Both the position numbers and the translations under genes were made by a program. The notes under the pieces are model-generated. The model ran no database searches and was not told the origin of the DNA. It saw only the letters and a list, made by a program, of their open reading frames with translations. From an uncultured delta proteobacterium (GTDB taxonomy: Bacteria; Desulfobacterota; SM23-61): a DNA stretch of 64,000 nucleotides. The first letter of the stretch is position 1. The number at the start of each line of letters is the position of its first letter. Location: positions 27,250 to 91,249 of the forward strand of contig CAVQIK010000002.1 of assembly GCA_963712535.1 (NCBI GenBank), written 5' to 3'. This document shows, one piece after another, positions 1-10,961 of this stretch.

Positions 1-108
1 ATCACGGGATTTTCAATGGGCTCTCCAATAGAATAATTCAAATTGTAAATCTTTCTTACACTTCTCCAGAGTCAGCCAGCTCCTTACATTTCGAATAGTT
101 TATTCCTT

Positions 109-465
109 TCAAAGGCGAGAATCGGAGCTCCCTTTTAGAATGGCTTCGGACATTAATCTCTGCCGTTTTCTTTGTAGATCCTGGAGTATTTTATCACTGG
201 CTCTTGCTCGGCTATCGAGCTCTTCCAATTTTCCTTCCTTCTCCCGAATTTCTGAATCTCCTGAGCAGGGTTGAAGGCGGATGGCAGCTTGCTCCTTCCG
301 GAGCTCTGCCAGATTTTTCTGCAGATCCCGTATTTGGTTTTCGAGTTGCTTGATCATCTTCCCGCTCCCCTTATCCGGTTTGGCCGAGGTTAAGGTGTCG
401 CAGCATGAAATCGTTGAAGAGGCCAATGAATGTCGAATCTTACACAATTCTTCAGGACCAAGCAA
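109..465 (-). CDS. hypothetical coiled-coil protein (possibly a fragment)
   Basis: ORF-track ORF with a heptad-like charged sequence (QLENQIRDLQKNLAELRKEQ). No recognisable domain. Start uncertain. Confidence 0.25.
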   Translation of the reverse strand: MLGPEELCKIRHSLASSTISCCDTLTSAKPDKGSGKMIKQLENQIRDLQKNLAELRKEQAAIRLQPCSGDSEIREKEGKLEELDSRARASDKILQDLQRKRQRLMSEAILKGSSDSRL

Positions 466-1153
466 GTCAAAAGTCGTTTACCTTGAATTATAGGTTGTGC
501 CATGCCGGGGGCATGCCCCACGGGGCTGCGACCCTTAGCGGGAAGAAGGCCGATTTCAAGGCAGTGTGCAGAAGGGTGCTCGCAGATCAACTCCGGTGAC
601 GCACGAGGGCGTTTCTACTGCATCCGGATCTTATGGTATGTATGCCCGGTCGAACAGCCGATCAAACGCTTCCTGATCTTCTTTACTCAGGGCCCGGCGA
701 AAACCTCTCCAGGCCTCCTTTTCCCCTTCCAAAACGTGACTGTAAGGCAAGACTGTGCGACCCACTTTTTTCCTCCCAAATAGCCAGGGGGTATATCAGA
801 GCCAAAGATTGCGCGGATTCAAGTTCCGAGGTACTCATCTTTTGATGAGTTTTGTCAAGGAGGATCCGTTCAGGCAGCGAATCCTTCCCTCAGTAAGTTT
901 TACGGCCAACAAAGCCGAAAAAATTTGGCTTCATTTCAGAGTTCATTGACCAAATCCTGAAGAATTTGTTAAACTACCTGCGCAACAAGTTGACGAATGC
1001 CTTCGGTTCCGTTGGGGGTCATTTGAATTCATTGGTTAAACTGATTAGAAGCACAGCCATGACGTGGACTGAGGGGGGTAACTATGGAGATAAGCAGCCT
1101 TAACAGAAACAGAGCTATCATGGCCTGTTCGTAGAACAGGCCGGAGGAGATCC

Positions 1154-4109
1154 ATGGGTTTACTGGACGCGCGAACAATTATCTTCAGTCATGGTCTTAT
1201 CGATATCGTCTGCTTGCTGGTCATCTTATTGTTATGGCATCAGAGCCGCAAGAGGTTTGCTGGCACGGGCTTTTGGGTGCTCCATTTTGTCTTTCAAACG
1301 GCGGCGATGTTTCTGATCCTCTTGCGCGGCAGCATCCCGGACTGGATGTCCATGGTTCTCTCGAATACCCTGGTGATTGCGGGAGCCATTCTGGGCTATG
1401 TGGGCCTTGTACGCTTTGTCGGAGAGAAGGTTTCGCAGGTCCACAATTATGTATTGCTAGCAGCTTTTGCCTGTGTTCACGCCTATTTTACCCTCGTTCA
1501 ACCCAGCCTGGCAGCGAGAATCCTCAATCTTTCAGTGGGGTTGCTGATTATCTGTTTTCAGCGTATGTGGTTTCTGCTGTACGGAGTTAAGCCGGGTATG
1601 CGCCGGTTCACTTTTGGTGTAGCCATGGTGAATGGAGCTTATTGCCTGGTGAGTATCGTCCGGATAGTCGGATTTTTCACCGGTACGCTTGCATCAAACG
1701 ACTTTTTTCGAGCCGGCGCCTTTGAATCTCTCATTTTGATGGCGTATCAAATGATGTTCATTATTTTCACCTATAGCCTCGTACTGATGGTGAATAAGCG
1801 CCTGCTTGTGGAGGTCAAGACCGAGGAAGAGAAATTTGCCAAGGCCTTTCGTTCCTCTCCTTATGCCATCATGCTTACCCGACTCTCCGATGGACAGATT
1901 TTCGAAGTCAACGATGGCTTTCTTGAACACCTGCGGATATCAGTACGCGGACGCTATTGGGAAAACAACGGTCGATTTGCATCTCTGGGGTAGAGAGGAA
2001 GACCGTTTGGTCGCTGTAAATGAATTGTCAAAAACCGGCAAGGTGCAAGGCAGGGAATTCCAATTTCGGAAGAAGTCAGGGGAGATAATGACGGGAATTT
2101 TCTCGGCGGAGATCATCCCCATCAACAACCAGGAGTTTATACTATCGAGCATCAACGACATCACCGAGCGCAAGCGGATGGAGGAGGCGCTTAGGCAAAG
2201 TGAGGAGAGGTTCCGCGCGGTTTTCGAGTCGAGCTCCGATTGTATTCTGGTCTGGGACCGCCAGTGCAACTACCTGTATGCCAACCAGGCCGCCATTGAC
2301 CATGTCGGCACGACGCGGGACAAGGTCATAGGCAAGAACATACGCGACGGGCTGGGCCATATTCCGGATTTCATGCACCTGTGGATGGCCAGAGTGGAGC
2401 AAGCCTTCGCCACGGGCCAGCCTTTCCGAGTTGAAGACTCGGTGCTTGTGGGCGGGCGCCTGGTATATAGCGAGTCGCAGATTTCGCCCATCCGAGACGC
2501 CTCGGGCCAGGTGTTCGCCGTCAGCGTCGTCTACCGCGACGTGACTGAGCGCAAGCGGGCTGCGGAAACCCTGAGAAAGGCTCATGACGAATTGGAGGTG
2601 CGGGTCCAGGAACGAACGGCGGAGATCAAAAAGCAGGCGGAATTAATCGAATTGTCCCATGATGCCATTCTTGCCATGGACCTGGAAAATAGGATCATTT
2701 TTTGGAGCAAAGGGGCCGAGGAGGTTTACGGCTGGAGGAAAGAAGAGGTCCTGGGGAAGATTATCCATACAGTGTTGGAGACGGAGTTCCCCGTTCCTTT
2801 GCCCGAAATCATAACGGAGCTGATAGAGAAAGGCCGCTGGGACGGAGAGTTGTCTCAGTTCCGAAGAGATGGCCAGAAAATAGACGTCCTCAGCAGGTGG
2901 GCGGTCCAGCGGGATGGATCAGGCGAAGCAGTCGCCATTTTAGAAATTAACATCGACATCACCGAACGTAAGAAGGTCGAGGAGCAGCTGCGTCAGGCCC
3001 AAAAGATGGAGGCGTTGGGAACCCTCGCCGGCGGAATCGCCCATGATTTCAATAATCTCTTATCGCCGATCCTGCTGAATACGGAAATGGCTCTTATGGA
3101 CGTAAAGGACGGAGTGCTTCCTTCCGCCGAGTCCATGAAAATGGTGATCACGGGCGCTAAGCGCGGTAAGGAGTTGGTTCAGCAGATCATTACCTTCAGC
3201 CGTCATAAAGGAGAGGAACTCAGGCCGGTGGACATCGCGGCGATTACCAAAGAAACGATTAGATTCCTGAGGTCCGCTATCCCCTCCACGGTAAGGTTCG
3301 AAACGCGCATTGAGGACCCCAGTGGCCCGGTTTTGGCCAATCCGGCTCAGATTCACCAGATCCTGCTGAATCTCGTCAACAACGCTGCTCATGCAATGGC
3401 GGAGGAGGGGATCCTGGAAATCAGCCTAAAAAAGGTGGAGAAGGGGGTAAGGGATGGAATGAATCCGGACCGTTATATCTGCCTTACGGTGAGGGATACC
3501 GGTCACGGAATGAGCCCGGAGATTAAAGAAAGGGCTTTCGATCCTTTCTTCACAACCAAAGCACCGGGGAAAGGAACGGGATTGGGGCTGGCGGTGGTTC
3601 ATGGGATCGTGAAGAAGCATGGAGGAGAGATTCGCCTGGAGAGTGAGGTGGGGAAGGGAACCGCGGTCAGCGTTTTCCTGCCGGTTTATCAGGGGCCCAA
3701 AAAGGAAGAGATCCTTTCCCCCGTGCCGGCACTGCTGACCGGGAATGAAAACATCCTCCTTATAGACGACGAAGAGGTGCAGACGCGCACGGTGGAAGCA
3801 ATGCTGAAAAGGCTTGGTTACCGAGTATTCTCTGAGACCGACCCCCGCAAGGCATTGGAAGCATTCCGTGCCAAGCCGGATGCCTTTGACTTGGTGATTA
3901 CGGATCAGGCCATGCCCTATGTTCCGGGGAACCGCCTATCTCAGGAGATTCTCACCATCCGTCCCAAAATACCAATTATCCTTTGCACCGGTTTCAGTGA
4001 AACCGTGGACGAAGAAAGCGCAGCCGCGCTTGGGATAACAGGGTATATTCAGAAACCCTTCACGTTGAACGATATCTCGGATCTGATCAGACGTGCCCTG
4101 TCCAAGTAA
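1154..4109 (+). CDS. hybrid sensor histidine kinase (multi-TM sensor domain, PAS domains, HisKA, HATPase_c, C-terminal REC); apparent single-base frameshift near 1925-1950
   Basis: ORF 1154..1993 is a polytopic membrane domain running into the start of a PAS domain ([22 protein letters not shown]). ORF 1806..4109, in another frame, continues the same PAS domain ([16 protein letters not shown]) and then carries more PAS repeats. It has the H-box IAHDFNNLL, an HATPase_c region with G-x-G motifs ([15 protein letters not shown]) and a receiver domain (LLIDDE...[10 protein letters not shown]). Confidence 0.8.
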
Positions 4110-4788
4110 TTAGGTTCCAGCGATTGGACTGCCTGATTTCCACCCGTAATCGTTGACTTGAAGGGATGGACTCGCGCGAGACTTTTAGGTGACATTTGCG
4201 AGACGCTTTCCAAAATTGATCCTCTGTCCCGGGTTTCGACCTGTGATTCTCCTGGGTTTTTTTCCCCCGTTTCCGTTTTTACCGGGTGGCCAAAAGTTTA
4301 CCTTCCCAGATAGAGCGTGAGATGGGAAATTTGCCCTTACCGATTGAAGTCAGTAGGTGGGTTCCAAAGGATTCCTTTGAGGATTCCCGGGTATGATGTT
4401 TGTCGCCGAGGATTACCCACTGAACTCTTCGGCCTTGGCTGGAGTGGAACAAGAAAATCTGGCCCGATGACCTCCCTATTTGAGAGATTTTTATTGGTCC
4501 CCATGCAATCTTTCTTCCTGAAATGCTGTTTTGGGATTTCCCCCAAGAATGCAACATTTCAAAGGCAAGTAGTCAATTTGGTTTTGAAGATCGGGGATAA
4601 TTCCAAAGAAGTTTTCTCATTGACGGTATGGGAACAAAAGAGTATTTTTGATTATCGTTACCTACCTTTCCCTTTTTAGCCCAACAACTAATCCCTAATG
4701 TTCGTGAGGCAATTCTGAGAAGGTATTTTCAGAAGGTGCCCATGAGACCTTTGCGAAAGAGAAGTTTGAATCGGAAACGCGAAAGGAG

Positions 4789-5601
4789 ATGGTTTCAATG
4801 GATAAACCCCGTCAAGTGACGCCGGACATCGAGGTCCTTCCTGCATACTTCGCAATCCCGGGCATGGGATTTCTTCCGGTCAATGCCTTCGTCATTAAGG
4901 CCACAGAGCCGGTCCTCGTGGACACAGGAATGGGAATGGATAGTGAAGAGTTCATGAAGGCGCTCAAGTCGGTCATCAATCCCCAGGACTTGAGGTGGGT
5001 GTGGCTCACCCATGATGACGCGGACCATACTGGCAGCCTTCGGAAGGTTCTGGAGGCAGCACCAGCGGCTCGCCTCGCAGTGAACGCCTTGGCCATGTTG
5101 AGGATGAGCACGGCATGGCAAGTACCCATGCATCGGGTTTACTGGCTAAATTCGGGAGACAGTATTAGGGTGGGTGACCGTAAGCTGACCGCTGTCAGAC
5201 CGCCCCTGTTCGATAACCCGACTGCTATCGGTGTCTACGATAACAAATCAGAAGCCTTCTTCTCTGTCGATTGCTTTGGTGCCATCATCCCGTCGCCGGC
5301 GCAGAATGCCGATGACATTACAGAGGGAAATCTGGCTCAAGGCATGATCACCTGGGCCAGCGCAGACAGCCCATGGGTCCATATGGTTGAGCCCAGCGCA
5401 TTCAGCCAAGCGCTGGACAAGATTCGTCAAATAGCCCCGAAAATGATTCTCTCGGCACACTTGCCACCGGCGCAGGGAAAGACCGAACAGTTGTTGGAGT
5501 TGCTTGCGAGGGTCCCCACTTCGACCCCTTTTGTTGCTCCCAACCAGACGGCACTGGAGCAAATATTGGCTCAGATGAGGGGTCGGGAGCTAACCCCGTG
5601 A
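4789..5601 (+). CDS. MBL-fold metallo-hydrolase family protein
   Basis: LTHDDADHTGSL resembles the HxHxDH metal-binding motif of the metallo-beta-lactamase fold. An RBS (aaaggag) precedes the start. Confidence 0.5.
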   Translation: MVSMDKPRQVTPDIEVLPAYFAIPGMGFLPVNAFVIKATEPVLVDTGMGMDSEEFMKALKSVINPQDLRWVWLTHDDADHTGSLRKVLEAAPAARLAVNALAMLRMSTAWQVPMHRVYWLNSGDSIRVGDRKLTAVRPPLFDNPTAIGVYDNKSEAFFSVDCFGAIIPSPAQNADDITEGNLAQGMITWASADSPWVHMVEPSAFSQALDKIRQIAPKMILSAHLPPAQGKTEQLLELLARVPTSTPFVAPNQTALEQILAQMRGRELTP

Positions 5602-5783
5602 GGACCTTTCGGAATTATAGGAACATGGCTGCTCTCAACTCAGAGCGGACACTCGTGCATTGAGGGAAGAACAAGCTCGTTAACAATCCTTGACCGCAGG
5701 GCGGTAAGGGGGTAGCGTCGCCTCGTCCATTCCGAACGCAACGCCAGTAGCTTCTTCTTCCCCCCTAGCAAAAGGAGCACTTC

Positions 5784-6698
5784 ATGGCTAGCGTCTCCCA
5801 ACTCGGTTATGTCGGCATCGGTACCAGCAACGAGAAAGCCTGGCAGGACCTCGCCACCAATATCCTTGGGATGCAGATTGTTCCCGGCGATGACACGTCT
5901 ATCTCTTATCTCCGCATGGACGGCTACCACCACCGCCTGGAGCTGCGCTCGAACGGCAGCGACGACCTTGAGTTCGTCGGCTGGGAGGCTCCGGATTCCG
6001 CCACTCTCCAGCGTGTCGCCCAGCAGATTGAGGACGGCGGCGTGAAGGTGACCGCCGGCACCCCTGACGAGGCAGACGACCGCCGCGTCATGGACCTCAT
6101 CAAGTGCGTCGACCCCAACGGCATCCCCACAGAGGTGTTCTGTGGCCACCTGGTCAACCAGCGCCCGTTCCATCCGGCCCGCCCCATGAGCGGCTTCAGG
6201 ACCGGCGAGATGGGTCTCGGCCACATCCTCGTTTACGCCCGCAGCCTGGATGAGAGCGTCCGCTTCTACCGCGACCTCCTTGGCTTCCGCATTTCCGACT
6301 TCACCGATGTCAACACGCCGGGCGGTAAGGTTCGCCTCGCTTTCCTGCACTGCAATCCACGCCACCACTCTATCGCCTTCATAGAGGTCCCACGCGCCCC
6401 CAAGCGCATCAACCACATCCTCTTCGAGTGCAATTCCCTAAACGATGTGGGGTCCGGCCGTGACCTCTGCCTCTCGCGCGGCGTTCCGGTCGCCATCGAC
6501 CTCGGCTGCCACATGAACGATCGCATGGTCTCCTTCTACATGGCCAACCCTTCCAACTTCGCCCTCGAATATGGTTGGGGCGGCCGCACCATCGACGAAG
6601 GGTCCTGGCAGACCGAATACTACACCGCCGTCGACAGCATCTGGGGCCACGCTCAGCTCCGCGACCTAGTGTCCAGTATGGTGCCAGGGGAGAAGTAG
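5784..6698 (+). CDS. type I extradiol ring-cleavage dioxygenase (2,3-dihydroxybiphenyl 1,2-dioxygenase BphC/HsaC-like, VOC superfamily)
   Basis: Two-domain VOC architecture with hallmark stretches: LGYVGIG N-terminus, GFRTGEMGLGH, FLHCNPRHHSIAF, KRINHILFECNSLNDVG, MVSFYMANPSNFALEYGW. Third codon positions are visibly GC-rich. Confidence 0.85.
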   Translation: MASVSQLGYVGIGTSNEKAWQDLATNILGMQIVPGDDTSISYLRMDGYHHRLELRSNGSDDLEFVGWEAPDSATLQRVAQQIEDGGVKVTAGTPDEADDRRVMDLIKCVDPNGIPTEVFCGHLVNQRPFHPARPMSGFRTGEMGLGHILVYARSLDESVRFYRDLLGFRISDFTDVNTPGGKVRLAFLHCNPRHHSIAFIEVPRAPKRINHILFECNSLNDVGSGRDLCLSRGVPVAIDLGCHMNDRMVSFYMANPSNFALEYGWGGRTIDEGSWQTEYYTAVDSIWGHAQLRDLVSSMVPGEK

Positions 6699-6825
6699 CG
6701 CTCTCAGCTCCATTCGAGGAATGCAGGCGGTCCTCTCTGGATTACCTGACTTTCAACTCGTAATCCTCACCTCTTGAATATGGTTCGCAGTAATAATTTG
6801 TAGGTGAAGTCAGGCCTCCCCGCTA

Positions 6826-8514
6826 TCAGCCTTTTCCCTTCTCCTTCTCCCGCAGGTCGCGGCGCAGGAACTTCCCGGTGGTGGTCTTCGGGATTTCCGC
6901 GGTGATCTCCACAACCCTGGGGTACTTGTAAGCGGCCATTCGGCTCTTGCAGAACTCGATGAACTCTTCCGGGGTGACCCGGCCGATAAAACCGTCTTTC
7001 AGGGCCACGAAGGCCTTGACGGTCTCGCCCCGGTAGGGGTCGGGCACTCCGATGACCGCAGCCTCCCTAACGGCCGGGTGCTGATAAAGCACATCCTCCA
7101 CGTCGCGGGGCCAAACCTTGAAACCCGAGACGTTGATCAGGTCCTTTTTCCGGTCCACCACGTAGAACCAGCCATTTTCGTCCATTTTCCCAACGTCCCC
7201 GGTATACAACCAACCGTCGCGAATGGCGTGGGCCGTTTCTTTTGGTTTGTTCCAGTACCCCGGGACAACCATGGGCCCCTTGACCACGATCTCCCCGATC
7301 TCTCCCGGGGGAAGCTCGCATGTTCCCGTCTCCAGGTCCATGATTTTGGAAATGGAATTGCATACCGGAATCCCGACGGAAAGCGCCCCGCTTTCCGGGT
7401 CGATCGGAGCCCGGCATTCCAGGGGAGTGAAGTGAGAAGGAGAATTGGTCTCGGTGAGGCCATAGGCATTATGGATATAGGGGCCGACGTTTTTTTCGAA
7501 GCTTTCCACGATGGCTACCGGGACAGGGGCGCCGCCGGTATAAACTTTGGTGAAAAAGGAAAAATCTCCTTTTTTGATGTCCGGGTGGTTCATGAGGGAG
7601 ATAAACACGGTTATGGCCCCCAGAGTCATGGTGGCCTTCCACCGTGCGATCATCTGGAGAACCGCATCCGGATCGAACCGGAAGAAGAGAATGAGCGGGA
7701 TGCCGGCGTACGCCGCCGCCGCCATGTGGGCCACCTGTCCGGTCACATGAAACAGAGGGGCCACTCCCAGAATCACATCCCCGGCGGCGAGCTTAAGAAA
7801 AGTCACATAGAACTTGGCGTTGAAGGCGACGTTCTCATGCGTGTTCATCGCTCCCTTCGGAGGCCCGGTCGTACCGGAAGTGTAAGTGAGGTAGGCCGGT
7901 TGCCGGTTCGAGACTTCCACCGGGGCAAAGGCCCTGCCTTCATACTTCTTCAGGAGGTCCATGAAGTCATAGGTCTCCGGAAATTTTATTCTCTTCTCCT
8001 CCCGGAGGATTTTTGGCAGAGGTTCCTCCGGCGGGAGAAATTCAAGCCCGGAGGTGGTGACGACGGCCTTGAGTTTCATCCGCTCGACGAGATTTCTTGC
8101 CGAGCTTTGGTAAGCGGAGGAGAGGGCCACGAGAAATTCGGCTCCCGAGTCGAGAAAATAGTATTCAAGCTCCTTCTCCTTGTACATGGGGTTGATGGGG
8201 ACGACAATCCCTCCGGCCTTCCAGACGGCGTATTGGGCGATAATGAACTGGGGGATATTTTGCAGGTAAAGGACCACCCGATCCCCTTTTTTCACGCCCA
8301 AATCCACCAGGGCCGCGGCCAGCTGATCCGATCGCCGATCGAGCTCGCCATATGAAAGCGAGGCTCCAAAGTAGTGGATAGCCGGCCGGCCGGCCCCCAG
8401 GGAGACGGCGCGCTTCAAAATTTCGACGAGGTTTTCCTCGGGGATTTCCAGCTCCGGGGGAATCCAGGGGGAGTAATGCTTCAGCCAGGGTTTCCGCTCG
8501 TAAATGGTCGGCAT
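6826..8514 (-). CDS. AMP-dependent acyl-CoA synthetase/ligase (FadD-like)
   Basis: AMP-binding signature YTSGTTGPPKG, with conserved adenylation core and C-terminal lysine region. Confidence 0.9.
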   Translation of the reverse strand: MPTIYERKPWLKHYSPWIPPELEIPEENLVEILKRAVSLGAGRPAIHYFGASLSYGELDRRSDQLAAALVDLGVKKGDRVVLYLQNIPQFIIAQYAVWKAGGIVVPINPMYKEKELEYYFLDSGAEFLVALSSAYQSSARNLVERMKLKAVVTTSGLEFLPPEEPLPKILREEKRIKFPETYDFMDLLKKYEGRAFAPVEVSNRQPAYLTYTSGTTGPPKGAMNTHENVAFNAKFYVTFLKLAAGDVILGVAPLFHVTGQVAHMAAAAYAGIPLILFFRFDPDAVLQMIARWKATMTLGAITVFISLMNHPDIKKGDFSFFTKVYTGGAPVPVAIVESFEKNVGPYIHNAYGLTETNSPSHFTPLECRAPIDPESGALSVGIPVCNSISKIMDLETGTCELPPGEIGEIVVKGPMVVPGYWNKPKETAHAIRDGWLYTGDVGKMDENGWFYVVDRKKDLINVSGFKVWPRDVEDVLYQHPAVREAAVIGVPDPYRGETVKAFVALKDGFIGRVTPEEFIEFCKSRMAAYKYPRVVEITAEIPKTTTGKFLRRDLREKEKGKG

Positions 8515-8569
8515 AAGCTCTCCTTTAAATAGAGGATGACAGAATCACGGCTGATTTATTTTATTTTTC

Positions 8570-8687
8570 AGGACGCAGATTATCGCAGATATACGCAGAT
8601 CCAGGAAACGGAAAACGGCCGGAAGAAGCGGGAACTTCCTCCATTTGTTCTTTTGCTATCCTGAAAATCTGCGTCAATCTGCGTCCC
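8570..8687. promoter_or_regulatory. candidate operator: five CGCAGAT boxes at 10-bp phasing (three direct, two inverted) upstream of the acyl-CoA ligase gene
   Basis: ggaCGCAGATtatCGCAGATataCGCAGATcc, then about 60 bp later aaATCTGCGtcaATCTGCGtcc. This lies between the ligase start (8514) and the MFS stop (8700). Confidence 0.4.
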
Positions 8688-8699
8688 TAAAAGAAAAAA

Positions 8700-9983
8700 C
8701 TAAATCCCGCTCCGGACGCCCCTCACGGGCGGATGGGAAACGAAGATGAGAATCAGGGCCATCATGTTCGTTACCGCCCCCAGAAGGAAAGCCGGCTGGT
8801 AGCTCCGGCCTAGGTCGTAGATGTAACCCGCCAGGACGGGCCCGATCGCCGAAGCCACTCCGGCGATTGTGAAGATGGCGCCGATAATCGATGCGGCCCG
8901 AAGGCGCCCGAAATAGTCTCCGACGATCGCCGGGAAGATGGCGCTCACCCCCCCGTAGGAAAAGCCGAATACCGCGGCGAAGAGGAAGAGCATCCAGTTC
9001 GTGTCCGTTCCCATGATCCAGAACCAGGAAAAAATCTGCAGGCCAAGATTGATGGCCAGGGCGGGTCTGCGGCCGATCCGGTCGGAAATATAGCCCATGA
9101 TCAGCCGGCCCAGGGTGGAACCCGCGCCGAGCACCCCGAGGGCGACGAAGGCGGACTTCTGACCGAGTCCGATGTCCATGGAAAAGATCACCAGGTGGAC
9201 CAGGGGGACGAAAACGAAGAGCCACGTGGAGAAATAAAGCGCGGTGAGGACCCAGAAGGATCGCGTGTGGATGGCCTCGGCCGCCGACCAGGTGACTTCT
9301 CGAATAGCGGCTGTCGGGGCAAAGGCGCCGGGGGCGGTTCCGGCTTTCTCACGCCGGCCGTCGGGATGGAGACCCATTTTTTCAGGGTATCCGACGAGGA
9401 AGAGGGACATGAAAAATAAGATGACGAATACCGCCAAACCCAAGACGATGCAGGCCTGCCGCCAGCCAAAGGCGGCGATCAGCATGCCGCAAAGGGGAGG
9501 GATGACGATGATTCCCACCCCCAGCCCGGATTGGGCCACCCCAACAGCCAGGCCCCGTTTGGCGATGAACCACTTCACCACTGTGGGGTTGGCGGTGATA
9601 TACGTCGCGCTCATTCCCCAGGAGGCCAGAAGCCCGTACACAACGTAGAGGTGCCACGGGGCTTGAATGACGCTGATGAGGGCGATGCCTCCGCCCAGGA
9701 GGATGCTGCCGAAGATGAGGATGACCCTCGGGCCGAAGCGGTCGGCCCACCTTCCGAGGATGACGCCGAGGACGCTGTACATGAAGTTGTACAGGGAGAA
9801 AGCGCCGGAAATGCTCTGCCGGGTCCAGTGGAATTCTTCCATTAGGGAGGGAAAGAGGACTCCGAAGGAGTACTGCGCCCCGTAAGCCATGGCCAGGTTG
9901 ATAAAAACTACCCCGGTAATAATCCAGCCGTAAAAGATTTTCGTTTGGCTGCTTTCTTCTTTTTCCACGATACGAGGGAACAT
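8700..9983 (-). CDS. MFS transporter (OFA/monocarboxylate-like)
   Basis: Twelve predicted TM segments with MFS motif regions (GRWADRFGPR). Confidence 0.85.
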   Translation of the reverse strand: MFPRIVEKEESSQTKIFYGWIITGVVFINLAMAYGAQYSFGVLFPSLMEEFHWTRQSISGAFSLYNFMYSVLGVILGRWADRFGPRVILIFGSILLGGGIALISVIQAPWHLYVVYGLLASWGMSATYITANPTVVKWFIAKRGLAVGVAQSGLGVGIIVIPPLCGMLIAAFGWRQACIVLGLAVFVILFFMSLFLVGYPEKMGLHPDGRREKAGTAPGAFAPTAAIREVTWSAAEAIHTRSFWVLTALYFSTWLFVFVPLVHLVIFSMDIGLGQKSAFVALGVLGAGSTLGRLIMGYISDRIGRRPALAINLGLQIFSWFWIMGTDTNWMLFLFAAVFGFSYGGVSAIFPAIVGDYFGRLRAASIIGAIFTIAGVASAIGPVLAGYIYDLGRSYQPAFLLGAVTNMMALILIFVSHPPVRGVRSGI

Positions 9984-10211
9984 CGATCGAAATAGATCCG
10001 GAGAAAAACATTTTAGATCGATGCTATATCAAAACCTGCAATTTTGGCAAGAAGAGACTCTGCTCTTAGGCGGGTTCTCCCCCCGCGTCAGCGGCTATGT
10101 CTGGAATCATGTCGCCCTTCCGCCGCCGGCGGGAAAATAAGAACTAGCCGAGGGTGCCTTCCTGCTCCGTGAAATCATCCGTGGGGAGATCAGGCCAGAA
10201 AGGAATTTCGG

Positions 10212-10739
10212 ATGTTAGCAATTTTCGAAAATTCCCCCTACATCGGGCTCTTTCTGCTCCTTATTTTAGGAGGACTGGGCATACCTTTCTTCCCGCAAAA
10301 TGGAACGTTACTGGTGTGCGGAGTCCTTTTGAATACCGGAGTGGTCAAGATCCTCCCGGCTTTATTCGTCGTTTACCTTGGAGTGTTGCTGGGGGATTTC
10401 ATTATCTATCATTTCGGCAAAAAGTACGGCCGCAGGGTCATTACTCACAGATGGTTCCACAGATTTTTGCCCCGGGATAAGCTCCTGACGCTGGAAGAGA
10501 AATTTAAGCAAAAGGGAACGTATGTGGTTGTCCTTGGAAGACATTTGATTGGGGCCAGAGTCCAAGTCCTACTCGTATCAGGCATTCTGAAAATGCCTGT
10601 CCTGAAATTCTTGCTGGCCGATGTCTTAACGATTACCTTCACCATCGTTCTATGGACGGCCATGGGTTATGGAGGAGGTCACAACCTGCGGGATTTCGTA
10701 ATGGACGTAATCAGGAGAATTCCTTTCTTACCGCTTTAA
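10212..10739 (+). CDS. DedA/SNARE-associated (TVP38/TMEM64) family membrane protein
   Basis: DedA core with the typical G-rich loop (LLLILGGLGIPF ... YGRRVI ...). Confidence 0.8.
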   Translation: MLAIFENSPYIGLFLLLILGGLGIPFFPQNGTLLVCGVLLNTGVVKILPALFVVYLGVLLGDFIIYHFGKKYGRRVITHRWFHRFLPRDKLLTLEEKFKQKGTYVVVLGRHLIGARVQVLLVSGILKMPVLKFLLADVLTITFTIVLWTAMGYGGGHNLRDFVMDVIRRIPFLPL

Positions 10740-10961
10740 TCTCACCGGCTAGCTGTCCTTCTTTTCCGTTCCTTTCTTTTTCTGGGTCATCTCGAATTTC
10801 GTTGAAGGAAAATACGGAGGCCGTGGGTAATTGTGCCGGGATTCCAGGGGTTCGGAAGGGCTTCGCGATGATGACAGGAAAATACCGGCCTGCAGAGGCG
10901 GGATTGATGAGGAATAAGGATTGTGTTTTAATGAGATTCAAAGGAGTGAGCAGATCGAGGC

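Noticed and set aside
5640-6416. 258-aa minus-strand ORF opposite the extradiol dioxygenase
   Set aside because: Shadow ORF. The plus strand matches the BphC family along its entire length.
7078-8355. 425-aa plus-strand ORF antisense to the acyl-CoA ligase
   Set aside because: No domain signature. This is a high-GC shadow ORF, and the minus strand carries an unambiguous AMP-binding enzyme.
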